Notes under the pieces: generated by a model
What the model was told of the DNA's origin: nothing
Seen by the model: the letters and a program-made list of their open reading frames with translations, nothing else
Database searches by the model: none
Origin: an uncultured bacterium
GTDB lineage: Bacteria > Actinomycetota > Acidimicrobiia > Spongiisociales > UBA5794
Length of the DNA stretch: 64,000 nucleotides
Assembly (NCBI GenBank): GCA_963801165.1
Contig: CAWDDT010000009.1
Location: forward strand, 256,001-320,000
Direction: 5' to 3'
Made by a program: the position numbers and the translations under genes
Shown: piece by piece, positions 48,195-57,091 of the stretch
Layout of the letters: each line of letters opens with the position of its first letter
Numbering within the stretch: the stretch's first letter is position 1

Positions 48195-48989
48195 ATGGAC
48201 TGGGGCATGAAGCGTCGGCTGGCGCAGATCATCCCGCCGGAGACAGGGCACGCGTTCTTTATCGCCATCGACCACGGATACTTCCTTGGACCAACACGCA
48301 TGCTGGAACGACCCGGCGAGACTGTGCGCGACCTCACTCCGATCGCCGATGCGCTCTTTGTGACACGGGGCGTCCTCAGAAACGCCATCCCACCCGAGAC
48401 CAAGCCGAATGTGATCCTCAGAATCAGCGGTGGCACCAGCATCGTCGGGCCGTCGCTCGAGAACGAGCAGCTGGTCGTTGACCCGGAGGAGGTGATTCGT
48501 CTGGGCGCTTGCGCAGTCGGCATCTCGGTCTTCGTCGGCTCGGAGTACGAACGGGAATCGCTCGGGAACCTTGCCCGTGCGGTGAACCAGTTCGAGCGGT
48601 ATGGCATCCCGGTCATGGCGGTCACGGCCGTCGGCAAGGAGCTCGAGAAGCGCGACGCCCGCTACCTCGCCCTCAGCTGTCGGATCGCAGCAGAGCTGGG
48701 AGCCCGGGTCGTCAAGACCTATTGGTGCGAGGACTTCGAGAAGGTCACCTCTTCGTGTCCGGCACCCGTGGTTATCGCGGGTGGGCCGAAGACCGACGAC
48801 GCCTACGAGGTCTTCTCGTTCGTTCGCGATGGCATCGATCGAGGCGCCATCGGCGTCAACCTGGGTCGCAATATCTGGCAGCACCACGATCCCGTGGGCG
48901 TCGCCCGAGGCTTGCGTGCCGTGATCCACGAGGGCGCGTCACCAGAGCAGGCCAACGCCATGGTGGCGCAGGAACCGGTGGTGGTTTGA
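48195..48989 (+). CDS. lsrF: LsrF-like class I aldolase / 3-hydroxy-5-phosphooxypentane-2,4-dione thiolase
   Basis: MDWGMKRRL, AIDHGYFLGP, RIAAELGARVVKTY, IAGGPK, GRNIWQ. Confidence 0.8.
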   Translation: MDWGMKRRLAQIIPPETGHAFFIAIDHGYFLGPTRMLERPGETVRDLTPIADALFVTRGVLRNAIPPETKPNVILRISGGTSIVGPSLENEQLVVDPEEVIRLGACAVGISVFVGSEYERESLGNLARAVNQFERYGIPVMAVTAVGKELEKRDARYLALSCRIAAELGARVVKTYWCEDFEKVTSSCPAPVVIAGGPKTDDAYEVFSFVRDGIDRGAIGVNLGRNIWQHHDPVGVARGLRAVIHEGASPEQANAMVAQEPVVV

Positions 48990-48992
48990 CCC

Positions 48993-49289
48993 ATGGAGTT
49001 CCTCGCCCGTCTCGAGCAGAACATCTCTCCGGACATGGATCCGGACCGGCTTGCGGCAGTGAAAACGGCTGAGAAGGCCCGCGGTCGGGAGTTGGTCGAG
49101 GCCGGCAAGCTGCGCCGCATCTGGAGGATCCCCGGGAGGAGGGCGGTATACGCGCTCTACCGGGTCGACAGCACCGAGGAGCTCCACGAGATCCTCAGCT
49201 CGCTGCCGCTGTACCCCTGGATGGACATAGAGGTAACCGCATTGAGCGCCCATGCGCTCGATCCCGAGAGTTGGGAGGGTGTTGCTTAA
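48993..49289 (+). CDS. muconolactone delta-isomerase family protein
   Basis: MEFL...EKARGREL..GKLRRIWRIPG...ELHEILSSLPLYPWMDIEVTAL. Confidence 0.8.
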   Translation: MEFLARLEQNISPDMDPDRLAAVKTAEKARGRELVEAGKLRRIWRIPGRRAVYALYRVDSTEELHEILSSLPLYPWMDIEVTALSAHALDPESWEGVA

Positions 49290-49372
49290 TCGCCGTGAAG
49301 GGTCGCAATGCCTCGAGGTGCTTGCGCGTCGATCCAGGCGTCGAGCCTGAACTGGAATTATTCAACACACTC
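49275..49372. repeat. 98-bp MITE-like element, copy 2
   Basis: Ends GAGGGTGTTG ... CAACACACTC; shares ATCGCCGTGAAG(C/G)GTCGCA and GAGCCTGAACTGGAATT with 7703-7799. Confidence 0.65.
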
Positions 49373-49394
49373 CAAAGAGCGGAGGAGAAGAAGG

Positions 49395-50609
49395 ATGGCC
49401 CCCGACTACGAGATCCTCAACCCGGAGACGGTCCCGGCATACATCGACAGAACACCCCGGCTGGACGGCATCGTCGACACCTCCACGCTGGAAGTGTCGG
49501 AGGTCGGTGACGGTAACCTGAACCTCGTCTTCGTCTGCAAGGATGGAAACGGCGACGGCATCTGTCTCAAGCAGTCGTTGCCCTACGTCCGGCTGGTCGG
49601 CGAGGGGTGGCCGCTGACACCGGAGCGAGTCATCGCCGAGGCGCGCGGGCTCGCCGCTGCTGTCGATCACGTCCCGGATCTGGTTCCCGCCTATTACGGA
49701 CTGGACGAGGCCAACTATGTGCTGGCCATGGAGAACCTCATTGGCTGGGACATGTGGCGGACCCAGCTGAATGAGGGTGTCTCCCACCCCGGTGTCGGCG
49801 CCAAGCTCGGCCGGTACGTGGCCAATCTCTGTTTCTACACCTCGTTTTTCACCATCGATCAGGGCGAGATCAAAGAGCGGCTCGCCGCAGCGATCAACCC
49901 GGAGCTGTGCAAGATCACCGAGGACCTCGTCTTCACCGAGCCGTACATCGATGTCCCCAACAACAGTTACGTCGATGAGCTGGTCCCCGAGGTGGAGGGC
50001 ATGCGCGCCGACGCCAGGCTCCGCGCCGACGTCGGGATGCTGAAGTACAAATTCATGACCGCAGGGCAGGCGCTGATCCACGGCGACCTGCACACCGGCT
50101 CCGTCATGGTGCGCCGTGGTGAGAACGGCGCCGAGTGCAAGGTCATCGACCCCGAGTTCTGCTACTACGGGCCGGTGGGCTTCGATCTCGGTGCGCTCTT
50201 TGGCAACTACCTCGCCGCCCGGGCCCGCGCCGCAGTTCTCGACCGACCAGCCGAATACCAGCAATGGTTGGCCGATCTGGGTCCGGAGACGTGGGATGCC
50301 TTCGCCGCGGAGATGCACCGCTTGTGGCCGGAGCGGCTCGACAAGACATGGACCGACGGTTTCCTCGAGGCCTGGCTGGCCCAGGTCGCCAGGGACACCA
50401 TCGGGTACGGCGGCTGCAAGGCGAACCGGCGCATCATCGGGCTCGCCAAGGTCACCGACATCCAGCAACTCCCGAACGAAGAGCACGTCAAGGCGGCCAC
50501 GATGGTTCTCCGCACCGCCAGCACCTGGATTCGGGAGCGCGACGGCCTCGGGACCGTCGCCGCGGCCAACGAGGTGTTCGAGACGATCCGGGCGAAGGTC
50601 CTGGGCTGA
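49395..50609 (+). CDS. mtnK: S-methyl-5-thioribose kinase
   Basis: EVGDGNLNLVF, KQSLPYVR, NPELCKITEDLVFTEPY, HGDLHTGS, IDPEF. Confidence 0.92.
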   Translation: MAPDYEILNPETVPAYIDRTPRLDGIVDTSTLEVSEVGDGNLNLVFVCKDGNGDGICLKQSLPYVRLVGEGWPLTPERVIAEARGLAAAVDHVPDLVPAYYGLDEANYVLAMENLIGWDMWRTQLNEGVSHPGVGAKLGRYVANLCFYTSFFTIDQGEIKERLAAAINPELCKITEDLVFTEPYIDVPNNSYVDELVPEVEGMRADARLRADVGMLKYKFMTAGQALIHGDLHTGSVMVRRGENGAECKVIDPEFCYYGPVGFDLGALFGNYLAARARAAVLDRPAEYQQWLADLGPETWDAFAAEMHRLWPERLDKTWTDGFLEAWLAQVARDTIGYGGCKANRRIIGLAKVTDIQQLPNEEHVKAATMVLRTASTWIRERDGLGTVAAANEVFETIRAKVLG

Positions 50610-51691
50610 TGTTGGATCTCTCGCTGGCCGATGACTTCCTCGCCAAGCTGCAACCGTCGGTGGCCTGGGTCGACGATCACATCGAGATCATCGACCAGAC
50701 CAAGCTGCCCGCCGAGCTCGAGATCCTCCAACTGCGCCGGGTCGACGAGGTGGTCGACGTTATCTACCGGCTGGCGGTGCGGGGGGCGCCCGCGATCGGG
50801 GCATGTGGCGCCCTCGGCATGGTCGTCGGCCTCGACGAAAGGCAGCCGCAAACCGCGGCCGACGCAGTTGCCGTGCTCGACGAGCTTGTGGAGACGATCG
50901 GCAACGCCCGGCCCACCGCGGTGAACCTGAGCTGGGCGGTGAAACGCCTGCGGGACGCCGCCGTGTCCGGAAGCGATGCCGCCGGGGTGAGACGGCTTGC
51001 CATGGCGGAAGCCCGGGCGATCATCGCCGAGGATCGCGACGCCTGCACCCGGATCGGTATCAACGGCCGCAAAGAGCTCGAGGGTCTGGACAAGATCCTC
51101 ACGCACTGCAACACAGGCAGACTCGCCACCGCCGGTTGGGGCACTGCTCTCGGCGTCGTCTATGCGAAGGCAGCGGCCGGTGAGCCGGTCGAGGTGCTTT
51201 CCTCCGAAACACGGCCGCTGTTGCAAGGTGCCCGGCTGACAACCTGGGAGTTGCACGACGCCGGTATCCCGGTGACCCTCATGCCGGACGGAGCCAGCTC
51301 CACGGCGATGGCGCAGGGCAAGGTCCAGGCGGTCATTGTCGGCGCCGATCGGATTGCTGCCAACGGCGACACCGCCAACAAGATCGGGACCCTTACCCAC
51401 GCCGTCAACGCCAGGTTCGCCGGGATCCCTTTCTACGTGGCCGCTCCGCTCTCGACGTTCGATACCTCTTTGAGCAGCGGCGCCGGGATAGAGATCGAGC
51501 TGCGGCCCGATGACGAGATGAGGAGGTGGCGGTCGGAGCCGACCGCCCCGGGCGACATTGCGGTGTGGAACCCCGCCTTCGACGTGACCCCCGCCGATTT
51601 GATCACCGCAATCATCACCGAGGTTGGGGTGCTGAAGCCCCCCTATGAGGAGTCGATCCGGGTCGCCTTCGAGGCTGGAGGGAAACCGTGA
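50609..51691 (+). CDS. mtnA: S-methyl-5-thioribose-1-phosphate isomerase, paralogue 2
   Basis: DQTKLP, VRGAPAIG, RPTAVNL, THCNTGRLATAGWGTA, ETRPLLQGARLT, NPAFDVTP. Confidence 0.9.
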   Translation: MLDLSLADDFLAKLQPSVAWVDDHIEIIDQTKLPAELEILQLRRVDEVVDVIYRLAVRGAPAIGACGALGMVVGLDERQPQTAADAVAVLDELVETIGNARPTAVNLSWAVKRLRDAAVSGSDAAGVRRLAMAEARAIIAEDRDACTRIGINGRKELEGLDKILTHCNTGRLATAGWGTALGVVYAKAAAGEPVEVLSSETRPLLQGARLTTWELHDAGIPVTLMPDGASSTAMAQGKVQAVIVGADRIAANGDTANKIGTLTHAVNARFAGIPFYVAAPLSTFDTSLSSGAGIEIELRPDDEMRRWRSEPTAPGDIAVWNPAFDVTPADLITAIITEVGVLKPPYEESIRVAFEAGGKP

Positions 51692-52587
51692 GCGAATGGA
51701 AGCAGGCGACCCAAGCGGTTGCCGACGGCATACGCCGGCGGGTGCTCGAGCACGTACTCGCCAACAACGGCGGATATATGAGCCAGGCATGCTCCGCGGC
51801 TGAGATCTTTGCGATGTTGTATTCCCGGGTGATGAACCTCGGTGCCAGCCAGGCCCCTCTCGAGCCTCGCCGGTTTGCGGGCGTGCCCGGCCCGGGAGTG
51901 CCCTTCATCACCGGCGCTGACTACAACGGGCCCCGCGGACCCGGGTACGACCGCTTCATCTTCTCCCCGGCTCACTATGCATTGGTGCTGTATGCCACCC
52001 TGATCGAGGTTGGCAGGCTTGCCGAGAGGGGGCTTGATCACTTCAACGAAGATGGCAGCACGGTCGAGATGATCGGTGCCGAGCATTCCCCCGGTGTCGA
52101 GACCACCACCGGGTCTCTCGCTCAAGCGTTGAGCCAGGCCGGCGGTATCGCCCTGGCACGCAAGCTGCGTGGCGACACCGGCAACGTCTGGGTGATGATG
52201 TCCGACGGTGAGTTTCAGGAGGGACAAACCTGGGAGGCCGTCGCACAGGTCGCCCGCTTCGAACTCGACAACCTCAGGGTCATCGTCGATGCGAACGGCC
52301 AGCAATGCGACGGCTGTCTCGACGAGGTGGAGACGGCCGACCCGTTGACAAACAGGATCCGGGCGTTCGGTGCCAGCGCCATCGAGAGCAACGGGCACGA
52401 TCTCGACGGTCTGGAAGAGGCGATGACTATGGCGACCGGCAAGCCGCACTTCGTGATTGCCCGGACGGACCCGGTGCGCGGGCTTCCTCTGTTTGCGGAT
52501 AGAGCACCCCTGTTGCACTACTTGCGTTTCACCTCACCCGAGGAGAGGGCCCGTTACGAGGCGGCTTACGAAGAGATGGTGAGTTGA
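51688..52587 (+). CDS. split transketolase, N-terminal (ThDP-binding) subunit, atypical
   Basis: DRFIFSPAHY, PGVETTTGSL, SDGEFQEGQTWEA...NGQQCDG. Confidence 0.85.
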   Translation: MSEWKQATQAVADGIRRRVLEHVLANNGGYMSQACSAAEIFAMLYSRVMNLGASQAPLEPRRFAGVPGPGVPFITGADYNGPRGPGYDRFIFSPAHYALVLYATLIEVGRLAERGLDHFNEDGSTVEMIGAEHSPGVETTTGSLAQALSQAGGIALARKLRGDTGNVWVMMSDGEFQEGQTWEAVAQVARFELDNLRVIVDANGQQCDGCLDEVETADPLTNRIRAFGASAIESNGHDLDGLEEAMTMATGKPHFVIARTDPVRGLPLFADRAPLLHYLRFTSPEERARYEAAYEEMVS

Positions 52588-52588
52588 G

Positions 52589-53596
52589 ATGGAGATCGTC
52601 AAGCGGCCGCACGTTCAGAATTTCATCGATTGGAGTCGCGATAAGCCCGAGGTGGTCGTCCTCACCGCCGATCTGACCAACTCGAGCGAGGTGGGGCAAT
52701 GGCGGGACACCTACCCCGACCGCTTCTTTGCGATGAAGATGGCCGAGCAGAACATGATGGGTTTCGCCGCCGGGCTTGCCCGCGAGGGCTACGAGCCGTG
52801 GATACACACCTTCGCCGTGTTCATCTACCGGCGTCCGCTCGATCAGCTTGCCATGTCGATCGCATACCCCAACCTTCCGGTGCGGTTTGTCGGGTTCCTC
52901 CCCGGGATCACGACTCCAGGCGGGGTCACTCACCAGGCTATTGAGGATCTCGCCGTGATGCGGGCGACGCCGAACATGACCATCCTCGAGACCGGCGACG
53001 CCACCGAGGTAGAGAGCGTGCTCGATGTCGCCCACGGTGTCGAAGGGCCCGTCTACATCCGGATGTTGCGAGGCGAGGTACCCCGGTTGTTCGCCAAAGA
53101 CGAGCCGATGCGGCTCGACAAGGTCAGGGTGCTCAGCGAGGGCGACGACGTCACCGTGTTCACCGCCGGTATCACCACAGAAGAGGCCATGCGAGCGGCC
53201 GCTCCTCTCGCCGCTGCCGGGGTCGGGATGACCCATGTCCATGTCTCGACCCACAAGCCGTTCAGCGATCCCCTGATCGTCGAGTCGATCAAACGCGCCA
53301 GGTACGGCGTGATGACGCTGGAGAACCACACGATCATCGGTGGCCTCGGCTCGGCGGTGGCTGAGTTGATGGCGGAGAACGCCGTCGGGCAACGTCTTGT
53401 CAGGCTGGGTCTGCGTGACACGTACGCTCACGGCGCCAGCCGGCAGTACCTGATGAAGGAGTACGGTCTCGATGCCCCCGCTCTTGTGAAGGGCATCGAA
53501 GACCTCCTCGGGAGACCGACGGGGATCACGGAGCCGGATCTCGAAGCGGTGCGTATCGAAGCCGTCCATAGCATGGCCAAGGCGGAGGCGCTGTGA
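52589..53596 (+). CDS. split transketolase, C-terminal (pyrimidine-binding) subunit
   Basis: LTADLTNS, MAEQNMM, GGVTHQAIED, ENHTIIGGLG. Confidence 0.88.
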   Translation: MEIVKRPHVQNFIDWSRDKPEVVVLTADLTNSSEVGQWRDTYPDRFFAMKMAEQNMMGFAAGLAREGYEPWIHTFAVFIYRRPLDQLAMSIAYPNLPVRFVGFLPGITTPGGVTHQAIEDLAVMRATPNMTILETGDATEVESVLDVAHGVEGPVYIRMLRGEVPRLFAKDEPMRLDKVRVLSEGDDVTVFTAGITTEEAMRAAAPLAAAGVGMTHVHVSTHKPFSDPLIVESIKRARYGVMTLENHTIIGGLGSAVAELMAENAVGQRLVRLGLRDTYAHGASRQYLMKEYGLDAPALVKGIEDLLGRPTGITEPDLEAVRIEAVHSMAKAEAL

Positions 53597-54726
53597 TGAT
53601 CGAGCCGACTTCCCTCACCGTCAGCGGCGGCCGAATCGAAGCCGTATACGAGTTCTATGGTGACGTTGCCGAGGCGGAAGCGCGCGTCGATGCCTTGCGG
53701 GTGGAACAGACGATCGAGTTCCCGGCCGACCTCGTCCCGGATGACGACATCCAGCGGGAGGTCGTCGGCCGTGTCGAGTCGCTCGAAGTAGTAGGCGACG
53801 ATGTGACGCGTGCCGCGATCAGCTATGCCGTGGAGGACACCGGGTTCGAACTCCCCCAGCTCATGAACGTCCTGTGGGGAAATAGCGCCTTGCTGCCGGG
53901 AATCCGGCTCGTGGACTTCACCCTGCCAGATTCTCTGCTGGAGTACTTTCCCGGACCGACGTACGGAATCGCGGGTCTCCGCGAGATGTTCGACGCACCG
54001 TCCCGTCCTCTGCTGGCGACTGCGCTGAAACCGATGGGTCTGTCGTCCGAGCGGCTGGCCGGCGAGGCATACGAGCTTGCGCTGGGTGGAATCGACATGA
54101 TCAAGGACGACCACAGCCTCGCCAACCAGCCTTTTGCCCCGTTCGCAGAGCGGGTGCAGCGCTGCGCCGAGGCGGTGGCCAAGGCGAACGAGCAGACCGG
54201 TTTCGGGGCCGTCTATATGCCGAGCATCAACGCCCCGTACAACGAGCTGGAGCGGCGTGTGGAGGTTGCCCTGGACGCCGGCGCAGGTGCGTTTCTCGTC
54301 CTCCCCGGTCTCACCGGGTTCGATCAGATGCGCTATTTGGCCTCCGAGGTCGACGTCCCCATCATGGGGCACCCCGCCTTCCTCGGCTCGTACTCTGCCT
54401 CCCCGACAAACGGCATTGCCCACGGCAAGCTGTACGGAACGTTGATGCGTCTCGCCGGTGCCGACCTCTCGATCTTTCCGAACTTTGGCGGCCGATTCAG
54501 TTTCACCCGTGAAGAATGCCGTGACGTCGCCGAGCGCCTCACCGAGCCGCTTGGCGACTTGAAGCCGGCGTTCCCGGCACCGGGTGGAGGCATGACTCTC
54601 TCGAGAGTTAGCGAGATAGTCGACTTCTACGGCAACGACGCGGCGCTTCTCATCGGCGGCGATCTCTATCGTGGGGAGAGCCTGGCGAGAACCGCAGCCG
54701 CCTTTCGCGAAGCGGTATCCGCCTGA
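53593..54726 (+). CDS. RuBisCO-like protein (form IV)
   Basis: EQTIE, ALKPMGLS, GGIDMIKDDH (KDDH instead of the RuBisCO KDDE), HPAF, PAPGGGM, LIGG. Confidence 0.9.
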   Translation: MMIEPTSLTVSGGRIEAVYEFYGDVAEAEARVDALRVEQTIEFPADLVPDDDIQREVVGRVESLEVVGDDVTRAAISYAVEDTGFELPQLMNVLWGNSALLPGIRLVDFTLPDSLLEYFPGPTYGIAGLREMFDAPSRPLLATALKPMGLSSERLAGEAYELALGGIDMIKDDHSLANQPFAPFAERVQRCAEAVAKANEQTGFGAVYMPSINAPYNELERRVEVALDAGAGAFLVLPGLTGFDQMRYLASEVDVPIMGHPAFLGSYSASPTNGIAHGKLYGTLMRLAGADLSIFPNFGGRFSFTREECRDVAERLTEPLGDLKPAFPAPGGGMTLSRVSEIVDFYGNDAALLIGGDLYRGESLARTAAAFREAVSA

Positions 54727-54756
54727 TCGATCCTCGCCGGCAGCGGCGAGCCCGTA

Positions 54757-55692
54757 TCAGGCGAGAAGTGCCCTGGCGAGACCGTCGTCGATGGCCAGTT
54801 CGTTGATGATGCCTGCGGCGATTGCTCCCTTGACCGGTTCCACCTTCTCAACTCCGCCCGCGGCCGCGATGACCCGTTTCGAAGCCCTCAGATCGTCGAG
54901 TGTCAGTGAGATGGGGTGTAGTGCGTCCGGTTTCACGGCGTTGCCATCTGCGTCGTAATACAGGCCAAAAACCTCTCCGACCGCGCCTGCGGCGATGATT
55001 TCCTCCATGGCGTCTTCATCGAGATAGCCGGCCTGCACCAGGAGCGACTCGGGGCCGATGACGCCCACGGCCACCATCACCATGTCGGCCTTGCGGGCGC
55101 GCTCGAGCGCCGTCGCCACCGGCTCGGATGCGAAGAAGTTGCCGGCGACCTCGGCCGATGGGGCGAATCCAGGGGATGGGATGTGCATGACTCTGGCGCC
55201 GAACTTCAGCCCCAACGTGTTCGTGACCTCGACCGCGGGGGCGATGTTGGCCGTGGTCGTGTGACCGAAAGCGTCCACCAGCGTCACTCCGGAGGTACGT
55301 GTGCGCCGCGCTCGTTGGGCGGCGGCACCAAGCGTTCGTCCCCACCCGGCCGCAATCGTGGTCGAGCCGGTTGCCACCATATGCTCCAATCTGCGGGCCA
55401 TGGCAGTTGCGGCCCCCTCTCGGGGTGACTCGCCATCGAGCGCTACCTCGACGGTAGCCCCGGCCAGCCCGTACTTCTCGATGAGTTCCTCAGCCAGGCT
55501 CGCGGTCTCCGGCAGCGGCTCAGTTACGATCACGCGCACGATGCCGTCGCGGGCAGCGTCGGCGAGGAGACGGCTCACCGTTGACCGGGAGATCCCCAAC
55601 CGATCGGCAACGGCCTGTTGATTGAAACTACGCTCGTGATAGAGCCAGGCCGCCCGGATTGCGAGCTCTCTGCGAGGATTGTCGTCGTCCAC
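54757..55692 (-). CDS. SorC/LsrR-family sugar-phosphate-binding transcriptional regulator
   Basis: AAWLYH...QQAVADRLGISRSTVSRLL HTH, GWGRTL, GAVGEVFG, AGGVEK. Confidence 0.9.
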   Translation of the reverse strand: MDDDNPRRELAIRAAWLYHERSFNQQAVADRLGISRSTVSRLLADAARDGIVRVIVTEPLPETASLAEELIEKYGLAGATVEVALDGESPREGAATAMARRLEHMVATGSTTIAAGWGRTLGAAAQRARRTRTSGVTLVDAFGHTTTANIAPAVEVTNTLGLKFGARVMHIPSPGFAPSAEVAGNFFASEPVATALERARKADMVMVAVGVIGPESLLVQAGYLDEDAMEEIIAAGAVGEVFGLYYDADGNAVKPDALHPISLTLDDLRASKRVIAAAGGVEKVEPVKGAIAAGIINELAIDDGLARALLA

Positions 55693-55715
55693 TAGCGGGA
55701 AGTATCATCCTTCCG

Positions 55716-55748
55716 CGAGCATTTGTCTAACCCACGCACATTTGTGCA
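55716..55748. promoter_or_regulatory. operator sites between the divergent regulator and rbsD genes
   Basis: CGCACATTTGTGCA (55735-55748) matches the 41153 site at 13 of 14 positions; weaker site CGAGCATTTGTCTA at 55716. Confidence 0.7.
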
Positions 55749-55768
55749 CGGGCGTCTGGGAGGCGAAG

Positions 55769-56221
55769 ATGAGAACGTCGGGTGTCCTTCATCCAGGGCT
55801 GATCGAACTCATCGCGGCGGCTGGTCACGGCGATCATATCGTGCTGGCCGATGCCGGTCTTCGGATCCCCGACGACAAGGCACGTATCGACCTCGGTGTT
55901 ACTTGTGGTGTGCCAACGATGGCGCAGGTAGTGGCTGCGGTGAAGCAAGAGTTGGTGATCGAGGCGGCAATCGTCGCCACCGAGTTCTCCGACTGGAATC
56001 CGGACGTCTATCGCGACGTCACCGGTCTTCTCGAAGTTGAGCCGACGGCGAAACCGCACGCCGAACTGATGGCCGACGCTGCAGAATCAGCGTTTGCGTA
56101 TGTGAAAACGGGTGAGTGCACAGCCTATTCGAGCGTTGTACTGGTATGCGGTGTGAATTACCTGGACGAGGCGGTGGCGTTGTACAAGGAGCTGCACCCG
56201 GTGGCCCCTGATCCGTTCTGA
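55769..56221 (+). CDS. rbsD: D-ribose pyranase (RbsD/FucU family)
   Basis: GHGDHIVLADAGL, RIDLG, KTGECTAYS. Confidence 0.85.
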   Translation: MRTSGVLHPGLIELIAAAGHGDHIVLADAGLRIPDDKARIDLGVTCGVPTMAQVVAAVKQELVIEAAIVATEFSDWNPDVYRDVTGLLEVEPTAKPHAELMADAAESAFAYVKTGECTAYSSVVLVCGVNYLDEAVALYKELHPVAPDPF

Positions 56222-56263
56222 CGGATCGGCGGTGCCGGTCCGGGGACTAGCCTCGCCGCGCTG

Positions 56264-57091
56264 ATGACCCTTTTTCTCGCCCTCGCCGGCGCCGTGTGCT
56301 ACGGGTTCGCCGATTTCTCCGGTGGTTACGCCTCGAAGCGATTGCCGCCGTGGGGCGTAGTGGCGTGGTCGCAGCTGATCGGGCTCGCTGCGCTTGGTGC
56401 CGGGCTCGTCATTTTCCCGGCGGACCGGGTCACTCTCGGGGACGTCTTCTGGGGCGCTCTCGGCGGACTGGGCGGATCGGTCGCGATCGGTCTGCTCTAT
56501 CGCGCTCTGGCCGAAGGCACTATGGCGATCATCTCGCCCGTCACGGCGGCGACCACAGCTGCGATCCCGGTCGTCGTCGATCTCGTCTCAGGCGGGACGC
56601 TGGCCCCGTTGGCGGTGGTCGGGGTGCTGCTCGCACTGGCAGCAATCACGATGATTGCGGGCGAGAGGTCGATCACACGTATCAGCGTCCGGCTGCTGGT
56701 CATGGCTTTGGCGGCCGGAACCGGGTTCGCTCTCTTCTTCATCGCCATCGCCCAGACCTCCGAAGCGAGTGGCTTCTGGCCTCTCGTCTCAGCCAGAGTG
56801 GTCACCATCCCGCTTGCGGCGCTGCTCCACGCGTCGATAGAGCCAAAGGTCCGGCCTTCCAGGTTTGATGTGCGTTGGGTGGCGGCGGCGGGTGCGCTCG
56901 ACATGACCGCCAACCTGCTGGTCGCCGCCGCGCTACAGCGAGGGCCGCTTGGGATCGTGTCGGTGCTGACTTCGCTGTACCCGGTGGTAACCGCACTGTC
57001 GGCCGTGATCATCCTGCGCGAGCGACTGTCTCGTGTCCAGGTGGCTGCCGTGGCGTGTGCCGTGACCGCGGTCGCGCTACTCGTCGCTTGA
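56264..57091 (+). CDS. DMT/EamA family transporter
   Basis: YGFADFSGG, about 10 TM helices, SLYPVVT, LRERL. Confidence 0.85.
   Translation: MTLFLALAGAVCYGFADFSGGYASKRLPPWGVVAWSQLIGLAALGAGLVIFPADRVTLGDVFWGALGGLGGSVAIGLLYRALAEGTMAIISPVTAATTAAIPVVVDLVSGGTLAPLAVVGVLLALAAITMIAGERSITRISVRLLVMALAAGTGFALFFIAIAQTSEASGFWPLVSARVVTIPLAALLHASIEPKVRPSRFDVRWVAAAGALDMTANLLVAAALQRGPLGIVSVLTSLYPVVTALSAVIILRERLSRVQVAAVACAVTAVALLVA

Noticed and set aside
48993-49289. Catechol (beta-ketoadipate) pathway
   Set aside because: No catA, catB or pcaD genes in the window; the context is sugar-phosphate metabolism.
53593-54726. CO2-fixing RuBisCO
   Set aside because: KDDH motif, short length (377 aa), and no small subunit or phosphoribulokinase nearby indicate a form IV protein.
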